Positions 49,181-55,188 of a DNA stretch of 64,000 nt are shown here, in pieces. Position 1 is the first letter of the stretch, and every line of letters starts with the position of its first letter. A model generated the notes under the pieces. That model did not search any database and was not told the origin of the DNA. It saw only the letters and a list, made by a program, of their open reading frames with translations. The stretch comes from a virus. The stretch lies in the IMG/VR virus record IMGVR_UViG_3300042558_003617, positions 1-64,000 of that record; one strand, 5' to 3'. The translations under genes and the position numbers were made by a program.

Positions 49181-50157
49181 TGATTGTTGCTGAACAAGTG
49201 ACCGGAGTTGTAGTAGAAGCTACATCGCATTGCAATTTGCATTGCCCACAGTGTCCTAGATACGATCAGGAAGGATTCTTAAACAAGTTTCTAGTGCCTG
49301 ACCATTTGGACTTTGAAGCATTTGAACAAAACTTTGTACTGTCTCAGTTGCCAAACCTCAAACACATTGTGTTTGAAGGCGACTACGGTGATATCATGAT
49401 GCATCCACGTGCCGAAAGCTTTTTTAGGCACTGCTCAAGTGTGGAGTCAATTGTTGCATACACCAACGGTAGCATGCGATCCACAACCTGGTGGGCAAAT
49501 CTTGCAACCATTCCCAACTTGACAGTTGTTTTTTCAATTGACGGATTAGCTGACACCAATGCAACATACAGAATCAATGCTGATTTTGATAAAATCATGC
49601 GCAACGCCCGGGCATACATCAATGCAGGCGGTCGTGCCACGTGGAAATTTCTTGTGTTCAAACACAATCAGCACCAAGTGGCGCAAGCACAAGAACTTGC
49701 CGCTAGCATGGGGTTTGCTGATTTTCAAACACAATCAACCAATAGAAACTTTTGGGATAATCCAATTTGGCCGGTAAAGATCAACGGTGAGTACTCACAC
49801 GATATTGAAATGAGTGACACAGCTGATTCTACTCGTACCAAGGATTATATTGTGGCGCTTGACAAAGTCAAACAACAACAATTTACCAAACCATCTTGTT
49901 CCTGGATCAACAGTGGTAGAATTTACATAAACCACAAAGGGCATGTGATTCCTTGTTGCATGACCAGTGGCTTGTCTTGGCAACGCGATATATCTGCACA
50001 GTTGTGGCAGCGCATTATACAGCATGTGGATTCAATTGATATCAATCAGCACAACATTGCTGACATATTAACAAGTGACTTCTTTGTGCATAATCTAGCA
50101 ACATCGCTGTCCAGCGCCAAGACAGTACATCCAACCTGTTTGTCTCAATGTTCATAA
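49180..50157 (+). CDS. Radical SAM enzyme with a C-terminal SPASM/twitch domain
   Basis: CNLHCPQC, 'TNGS', 'FSIDG', C...G.V.PCC...C...C. Confidence 0.88.
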   Translation: MIVAEQVTGVVVEATSHCNLHCPQCPRYDQEGFLNKFLVPDHLDFEAFEQNFVLSQLPNLKHIVFEGDYGDIMMHPRAESFFRHCSSVESIVAYTNGSMRSTTWWANLATIPNLTVVFSIDGLADTNATYRINADFDKIMRNARAYINAGGRATWKFLVFKHNQHQVAQAQELAASMGFADFQTQSTNRNFWDNPIWPVKINGEYSHDIEMSDTADSTRTKDYIVALDKVKQQQFTKPSCSWINSGRIYINHKGHVIPCCMTSGLSWQRDISAQLWQRIIQHVDSIDINQHNIADILTSDFFVHNLATSLSSAKTVHPTCLSQCS

Positions 50158-50232
50158 TGGCCCGGCGTAGAGGAATCGAACCCCTATAATGACTTTAGAA
50201 GAATCATGTCCTATCCGTTGAACGAACGCCGG
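50158..50232 (-). tRNA. tRNA-Arg(TCT)
   Basis: Cloverleaf, CCA. Confidence 0.88.
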
Positions 50233-50238
50233 AGTATT

Positions 50239-50314
50239 TGGTCTCCCTACAAGGATTCGAACCTTGACCACACGGCCCCAAACCGTGTACGCAACCAGAT
50301 AACGCTTTAGAGAG
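50239..50314 (-). tRNA. tRNA-Pro(TGG)
   Basis: Cloverleaf, CCA. Confidence 0.87.
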
Positions 50315-50321
50315 ATAAACT

Positions 50322-50396
50322 TGGTGGAGACCGTCGGTATCGAACCGATCTAGACACGAATCTTGCAAGGATCCGCCGTAGCCCTCTACTGCCCCC
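50322..50396 (-). tRNA. Atypical tRNA-Ala(TGC) with a minimal D-arm
   Basis: G3.U70, TGC anticodon loop, TTCGA T-loop, CCA; D-arm is only GTAG-AGGG-CTAC. Confidence 0.65.
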
Positions 50397-50479
50397 ATTA
50401 TAGAAACACACTTAAACAGTCCTTCAACGTTAGTCGCTATCTCCCTTACTATCGGGCGGATCTGTATGTGTTTCTATAA
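50397..50479 (-). ncRNA. Stem-enclosed RNA cassette
   Basis: TTATAGAAACACA/TGTGTTTCTATAA stem exactly filling the inter-tRNA gap. Confidence 0.55.
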
Positions 50480-50558
50480 TGGCTCCGCATCTGGGTAACG
50501 ATCCCAGCTAATCATTGATTAACAGTCAAGCCCATGCACCATGCTCGGGTTCTGCGGA
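50480..50558 (-). tRNA. tRNA-Asn(GTT), A54/U58 T-loop, atypical D-arm
   Basis: Cloverleaf, CCA. Confidence 0.8.
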
Positions 50559-50567
50559 ATAAAATTT

Positions 50568-50657
50568 TGGCGGAACGACTCGGACTCGAACCGAGAACCC
50601 GGATTACGCCGAGCGACAGATTAGCAATCTGCTCTAATACCATTATAGGACCGTTCC
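50568..50657 (-). tRNA. tRNA-Ser(GCT)
   Basis: Long variable arm, G73, CCA. Confidence 0.9.
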
Positions 50658-50670
50658 AAAACTTACAAAA

Positions 50671-50745
50671 TGGCTGGCCTTGAGAGGATCGAACTCCCAC
50701 CCCTTGTTTCGAAGACAAGGATGATATCCATTTCACCAAAGGCCA
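50671..50745 (-). tRNA. tRNA-Arg(TCG)
   Basis: Cloverleaf, CCA. Confidence 0.88.
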
Positions 50746-50750
50746 AAAAC

Positions 50751-50824
50751 TGGTGCTCTCACCAGGTAACGATCCTGGGTTGCTACATTACCAATGTAGT
50801 GTAATGCCTTTATACTATGAGAGC
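50751..50824 (-). tRNA. tRNA-Thr(GGT), A54/U58 T-loop
   Basis: Cloverleaf, CCA. Confidence 0.87.
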
Positions 50825-50832
50825 AATAAAAC

Positions 50833-50906
50833 TGGTGCGGGGTAAGAGAATCGAACTCTTGCTTAAACGTTGGCAACGTCTGGTTCTACCATTAAACTAA
50901 CCACGC
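50833..50906 (-). tRNA. tRNA-Gly(GCC)
   Basis: Cloverleaf, CCA. Confidence 0.88.
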
Positions 50907-50930
50907 ATTTGCTATTTGCAAATAGCAAAT
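50907..50930. repeat. Perfect 24-bp palindrome
   Basis: ATTTGCTATTTG|CAAATAGCAAAT. Confidence 0.9.
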
Positions 50931-50935
50931 AAAAT

Positions 50936-51011
50936 TGGCTCCACAGCCTGGGCTCGAACCAGGGACCAAAAGATTAACAGTCTTCTACTCTACCAACTGA
51001 GCTACTGCGGA
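50936..51011 (-). tRNA. tRNA-Asn(GTT)
   Basis: Canonical cloverleaf, CCA. Confidence 0.92.
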
Positions 51012-51020
51012 ATAAAAATT

Positions 51021-51097
51021 TGGAGTAGGTGACAAGGATCGAACTTGCATAAAACGGATTTGCAATCCGCGGCCTAACCATTCAGCGACACACCTAC
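51021..51097 (-). tRNA. tRNA-Cys(GCA)
   Basis: Cloverleaf, U73, CCA. Confidence 0.87.
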
Positions 51098-51099
51098 AT

Positions 51100-51320
51100 A
51101 TTGCTCTGCATCCCCCGGCGGTAATTGTAGTACATCAGAAATTTGGTCAGCAAGTTTTCACTCACCAATTAGTTTTTCATCACACGTACCTTCCACCCGC
51201 TTCCCGACAGGGACCGTTATCGCATTGCTAGCGGCCTTTGGGTTCGAAGACTACCACCCGTACTTGTCACAGTACTTCTCATCGTGTGGGTCACACTATC
51301 CGGAGACACCCGGAACGTTC
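51100..51320 (-). ncRNA. Candidate ~220-nt structured RNA
   Basis: GC-richer gap between tRNA-Tyr and tRNA-Cys with several hairpins and no credible ORF. Confidence 0.5.
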
Positions 51321-51409
51321 TGGTGGAGATGATAGGATTCGAACCTATTGCGTTTCTTAAGTACCGGATTTACAGTCCGGGGCCACTCCACCATCGTAGC
51401 CGCATCTCC
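51321..51409 (-). tRNA. tRNA-Tyr(GTA)
   Basis: Long variable region, CCA. Confidence 0.87.
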
Positions 51410-51413
51410 AAAG

Positions 51414-51488
51414 TGGTACTGGGTACGGGAATCGAACCCGTCTTACAAACGTGAAAGGCTTGTGTCCTAACCGATAGACGAACCCAGC
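51414..51488 (-). tRNA. tRNA-Glu(TTC)
   Basis: Cloverleaf, CCA. Confidence 0.9.
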
Positions 51489-51616
51489 GTAAAGAAAAAC
51501 CCTGAAGTAGTCCAGTCAAGCAACCAAACAGGGCCGTGTTAAAAAGAGAAACTGCTGTTGCAGGACCTAGTGCCTCAATGAGGGAAGTATCCAGGCGATG
51601 CAGTTTCAAAAATGAA

Positions 51617-51826
51617 TTTGAGAGTAGTGCCACCCTGTTATAGGCACCATTCACCCGATTTAACAAGTCCGGACGGGGTTCGGTACGTCACTTGGGATTC
51701 ATCCAGCGTGGTAACCATGCTACACCGATCTTCCGATCAGCCGGGAGTCGAACCCGCTTGCCTTCTATTACTCAGTACCTTCGAAGAATACTGCATAACG
51801 TGACTTCACTTGCTGACACTCTCAAA
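51617..51826 (-). ncRNA. Candidate ~210-nt multi-branched RNA with an internal T-arm
   Basis: TTTGAGAGT/ACTCTCAAA closing stem; CGGG-TTCGACT-CCCG; several hairpins. Confidence 0.55.
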
Positions 51827-51829
51827 ACT

Positions 51830-51905
51830 TGGCGGTCTTAGGGGGTAACGATCCCCACTCTTACGGCGTGACAAGCCGTCGTGCGTCCATGAACACTTTA
51901 AGACC
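51830..51905 (-). tRNA. tRNA-Asp(GTC), A54/U58 T-loop
   Basis: Cloverleaf, G73, CCA. Confidence 0.87.
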
Positions 51906-51907
51906 AA

Positions 51908-52125
51908 CTATATTAAAAAATACTAAAGGAACCATTGTGCATCTATGTCTACCTATACGACCGTCTCGTATAGGCCTGCACGGTCATTACTGCCTACATG
52001 CTCCGCCGCTTTTCTGAGCATTACTGCTCGGCTTCATGAACTCTGACTATTGAGCGTGGGCGGCCCCACTGTCCTCGCACAAAGTTCCTAACGGTGTAGG
52101 TAACCTTTAATACATTTTAATATAG
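51908..52125 (-). ncRNA. Candidate ~218-nt multi-branched RNA
   Basis: ~20-bp interrupted closing stem CTATATTAAAA..TATTAAAGG/CCTTTAGTA..TTTTAATATAG; CCTATACGA/TCGTATAGG hairpin. Confidence 0.55.
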
Positions 52126-52158
52126 CAACCCTTGCGGGTTACTACAAGAAAACTCGAC

Positions 52159-52322
52159 TTTTTAAAGAACATCTAGTTAATTTCTAACTAGTCTCTAGTA
52201 TAACACGATGTGCAATACCAGTCAATCTGTTTTGCAAAGTCCCTACAACTTCTAGGGTTTTTGCAACATCAGTTAATTTCTTAACTTGTTTCTATTGTAG
52301 CAAAAATACGTTTACCGGTCAA
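52159..52322 (-). promoter_or_regulatory. Tandem sigma70 promoters followed by a hairpin and a boxA-like element
   Basis: TTGACC-17-TACAAT (52322-52294); TTGACT-17-TATACT (52225-52197); CTAGTTA-GAAAT-TAACTAG; TGTTCTTTAAAAA. Confidence 0.7.
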
Positions 52323-52378
52323 GTGAATTTTTGTTGTATTTTCACAACACTACCGGGGCCGCCCCTATAAGTATAGGC

Positions 52379-53266
52379 ATGACCAATCAAATACAACTTT
52401 CGACCAAGCACGGTCAGGTCCTGGTCGAACTACTTGACACTGAGTTTGTTCACTTCTGGAAAACTCATTATGATCAAATGGTTGATTGTTACAGCCTAAC
52501 ACCTAGACACGTGCCCTGGCCCAATTATCAGCCCTGCAGCCACGAAACTGTTGACACACTAATTGATCGCATTTTGAACGTGATCAAAACAATTAACTCC
52601 AGCAGTTACCTATGCCCGTTACCGGAAATTGTAACCAAAGATCAATTGAGTAGATTGGATTTGAGCACACAACAATTGCTCAATCGATTACACAGATATG
52701 CAGTAGTAGCTACAGAATTTGGAAATCGATGGCATCACAACGGGCAGGAAGAATTTAACCCTGTACCCTATACCAACGATGAATTCATGTACAACATCAA
52801 TGTGTTAAATCAAAGCATTCATTACCTTGAAGAATATGTAATAACACCACACAAACAAGAATTCTTGCGACAAGTACAAACAGTAGAGTTTGTTTTTGAG
52901 TCATCTAAATACCAAGATGTTGACGTTTTTCTAGATGGATCAGCTGTTGCAATCCCTGACGAAATGCAACAGCATCTCAGATTGTCGGGGTATGATGTGT
53001 GGATCAAAAAAGATCTACTGGGAAAAGACTTTATAACTGCATTTGCAGATCATGATGACCCTGCACAATTTGACATACGTCCACCGCCTACAATCAGTGG
53101 CGGTATCGCAATTGATCTTGACCAAGGTAGGGACAACCTATTTGACAGTCCTTTATTTGCTGCCTGGCTCGGACAATCTCCCAATGATACACATGGTAGC
53201 TATCCATTGGGCAAAGTCATTTCTGGTAAAGAAAACTTATTAAAATTCAGCAGACGTTTCTGGTAG
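52379..53266 (+). CDS. Hypothetical protein (distant paralogue of 22663..23751)
   Basis: TAAGTA 5 nt upstream; LNRLHRY, LNQSIHYLE, LGKDF..AF.D. Confidence 0.7.
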   Translation: MTNQIQLSTKHGQVLVELLDTEFVHFWKTHYDQMVDCYSLTPRHVPWPNYQPCSHETVDTLIDRILNVIKTINSSSYLCPLPEIVTKDQLSRLDLSTQQLLNRLHRYAVVATEFGNRWHHNGQEEFNPVPYTNDEFMYNINVLNQSIHYLEEYVITPHKQEFLRQVQTVEFVFESSKYQDVDVFLDGSAVAIPDEMQQHLRLSGYDVWIKKDLLGKDFITAFADHDDPAQFDIRPPPTISGGIAIDLDQGRDNLFDSPLFAAWLGQSPNDTHGSYPLGKVISGKENLLKFSRRFW

Positions 53267-53334
53267 CTCCACCGGGTAACGATCCCAGGACTGCCGGTTA
53301 TCAGCCGACTGTTATTCCATTTAACTACAGAGCT
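53261..53334 (-). tRNA. tRNA-Ile(GAT), A54/U58 T-loop
   Basis: Cloverleaf, CCA. Confidence 0.87.
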
Positions 53335-53342
53335 ATTCAATT

Positions 53343-53416
53343 TGGCACGGGTACTAGGGCTCGAACCTAGAATGACAGAGTCAAAGTCTGTAGTGTTACC
53401 ATTACACTATACCCGA
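53343..53416 (-). tRNA. tRNA-Gln(TTG)
   Basis: Cloverleaf, CCA. Confidence 0.9.
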
Positions 53417-53423
53417 ACAATCT

Positions 53424-53515
53424 TGGCGGAAAGCAGAGGAGTCGAACCCCATCCCATTTCTGAGAACCTGGTTTTCAAGGCCAGTCGCAGGACCATCCCC
53501 GCTGCATTACTTTCC
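53424..53515 (-). tRNA. tRNA-Ser(TGA), enlarged D-arm
   Basis: Long variable arm, G73, CCA. Confidence 0.83.
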
Positions 53516-53524
53516 ATTAACTAT

Positions 53525-53599
53525 TGGTGCCCCAGGATGGAATCGAACCACCACACCCTGCTTACAAAACAGGACCTCTACCACTAAGGATACAAGGGC
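53525..53599 (-). tRNA. tRNA-Thr(TGT)
   Basis: Cloverleaf, CCA. Confidence 0.88.
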
Positions 53600-53605
53600 A
53601 AAAAT

Positions 53606-53679
53606 TGGCGTACCCACTAGGACTCGAACCTAGACTGACGGTTTTGGAGACCGCGATGCTGCCATTACACTATGGATAC
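53606..53679 (-). tRNA. tRNA-Trp(CCA)
   Basis: Cloverleaf, CCA. Confidence 0.9.
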
Positions 53680-53688
53680 ATTAACATA

Positions 53689-53763
53689 TGGTGGACCGTA
53701 ACGGGATCGAACCGTTCCTTAAGGCTTGCAAAGCCCTCGTGCCCCCAACAACACTTACAGCCC
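53689..53763 (-). tRNA. tRNA-Ala(TGC)
   Basis: G3.U70, cloverleaf, CCA. Confidence 0.87.
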
Positions 53764-53764
53764 A

Positions 53765-53829
53765 TACATTCTAAAACACACCATCTGCGGTATTGCAACC
53801 CAGATCAGCTTGGTGTATTTTAGAATGTA
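53765..53829 (-). ncRNA. Stem-enclosed RNA cassette
   Basis: 19-bp stem TACATTCTAAAATACACCA/TGGTGTGTTTTAGAATGTA abutting the tRNA-Ala 5' end. Confidence 0.5.
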
Positions 53830-53979
53830 GTGTGTTTCCACACCACATGATAGGGTCAATACCCTACCCAGGAGTCTTACTGTCTGTGTTACCGCCACAG
53901 AGTTCATGTGTCCTGTCCGCCCGTTTGCTTGTTTTTTTGAGTGCTTTAGCGGGACCTCGTTTCCCAATAGCACTAAGTG

Positions 53980-54012
53980 AAAAACCCTGGAGTTTTTAAT
54001 TCCAGGGTCTTT
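53980..54012 (-). terminator. Intrinsic terminator (putative attenuator) upstream of the tRNA array
   Basis: AAAGACCCTGGA-loop-TCCAGGGTTTTT. Confidence 0.75.
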
Positions 54013-54034
54013 GAATTTGTAGATGTTAACTTAG

Positions 54035-54166
54035 TTAATCATCCCATCCTTCAATAGACCCCGGTACTCCTGGAATACTATTCACATGATCATAGCCGCG
54101 TGACCAGGCTGTTGTCGCCTGTGTCAACATGGGTTTGGATCTTGTTAAAGTATTTGTTTTCATCAT
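54035..54166 (-). CDS. Putative 43-aa leader peptide (not in ORF track)
   Basis: MMKTNTLTRSKPMLTQATTAWSRGYDHVNSIPGVPGSIEGWDD*; starts at the predicted +1 of the promoter. Confidence 0.5.
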   Translation of the reverse strand: MMKTNTLTRSKPMLTQATTAWSRGYDHVNSIPGVPGSIEGWDD

Positions 54167-54172
54167 GTACCT

Positions 54173-54280
54173 ATTATAGTTTATTTATGATTGCCTGTCA
54201 ACCACTAAATTTATGTTTTATTTAGTCCAGTTGATTGGTATTCATTCAAGTATTATACAACAAAAAGCTTTCTTGGTCAA
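54173..54280 (-). promoter_or_regulatory. Tandem sigma70 promoters heading the tRNA array
   Basis: TTGACC-17-TATAAT (54280-54252) and TTGACA-17-TATAAT (54201-54173). Confidence 0.85.
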
Positions 54281-54337
54281 GGGGGTATTTTGCCAGAATC
54301 ATGTAAATACAACAACACAACATAGAAATGGAAACAC

Positions 54338-54613
54338 ATGGACTTTTTAAAAATTGTTGCCGAGCTTGGCTTTCCTATTGCGGCTGCATGCGGTGCAGGC
54401 TACTTTGTGTTCCTGACCTTGAAGTTTATTCTTGCAGGCGTGACTAGCAGTGTGAATGGCATGGGCGGAATCATCAAGGGACTGGACAGCAGAGTTGATA
54501 CCATGACCAACCAATTGCAACGTATCGACGTCAAGGTTAGTCATGCACTGGGGCTACAGCCTGACTATGATCGCATAAGCAGAGCAGAGCAAATAGATCA
54601 AAGGAAAGATTAA
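54338..54613 (+). CDS. Small membrane protein, YvrJ/holin-like
   Basis: 'LGFPIAA' N-terminal TM segment followed by a coiled coil. Confidence 0.55.
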   Translation: MDFLKIVAELGFPIAAACGAGYFVFLTLKFILAGVTSSVNGMGGIIKGLDSRVDTMTNQLQRIDVKVSHALGLQPDYDRISRAEQIDQRKD

Positions 54614-54795
54614 TGAAATACCACGACTACGACCTAGATCTTTCCAAAGAAAAAATTGTACTTGATCGAGAAATAACACTTAAAAAACTTGAGTGGCACA
54701 AGGGTGACTACTTTGAAGTCACGGAGCATGATGGTCAAATTGAATTGGTCAGGGTTGATCCATTGGTAAAATTTATAAAAGGTTACGAATTGTGA
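54613..54795 (+). CDS. Small protein, possibly AbrB/SpoVT-like
   Basis: 'LKKLEWHKGDYFEV...DGQIEL'; TAATG coupling. Confidence 0.45.
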   Translation: MKYHDYDLDLSKEKIVLDREITLKKLEWHKGDYFEVTEHDGQIELVRVDPLVKFIKGYEL

Positions 54796-54831
54796 ATTTC
54801 ATGAGTGTTCAACCAGTAGGTAAATATTACT

Positions 54832-55188
54832 ATGAATTTAGCAGAATTAATTAACAAATATGGATTCCCTATTATCAGCGCAGCTGGCATGGGATATTTC
54901 ATTTACTATGTGTGGACCTGGGTAACCACTGAGATCAAGCCAGTTATAGGACAAGCCAATGGAACTCTTATTGCTCTTATTGATCGTATTCGTATGCTGG
55001 ACAACGACCTTATAAGGTTGAATCAAAAAGTAGAAACAGTTATGGAACTGCGCGGCAAAACCATTGAACAAGAGCGCATTGAAGCTGATAAAGAGATCAA
55101 CACTCGGCGCAAAAAAGTAGTAGAAGAAGAGAATTCAGCCAACAAAAGAAAAATTGCACCCAAGGAAGCCACAGGTAATGACCAATGA
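54832..55188 (+). CDS. Small membrane protein, YvrJ/holin-like (paralogue of 54338)
   Basis: 'YGFPIISAAGMGYF' versus 'LGFPIAAACGAGYF'; 'L.DR...L.R...KV'. Confidence 0.55.
   Translation: MNLAELINKYGFPIISAAGMGYFIYYVWTWVTTEIKPVIGQANGTLIALIDRIRMLDNDLIRLNQKVETVMELRGKTIEQERIEADKEINTRRKKVVEEENSANKRKIAPKEATGNDQ

Noticed and set aside
45263-52125. Assignment of the structured RNAs to RNase P, SRP, 6S, hammerhead or group I intron
   Set aside because: Diagnostic cores (GAGGAAAGUCC, the SRP CAGG/GGAA/AGCA loop, CUGAUGA...GAAA, P7) were not found by eye; left unassigned
44379-53763. Stop-codon reassignment or suppressor/Sec tRNAs
   Set aside because: No CTA, TTA or TCA anticodons; long ORFs are intact in code 11 and end with all three stop codons
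47082-53999. ORF-track entries overlapping tRNAs (e.g. 50204-50398, 50512-50739, 51370-51666, 53342-53587, 53524-53823, and the 5' extension of 46548-47270)
   Set aside because: They are shadows of tRNA/ncRNA genes with no SD and no protein-like features
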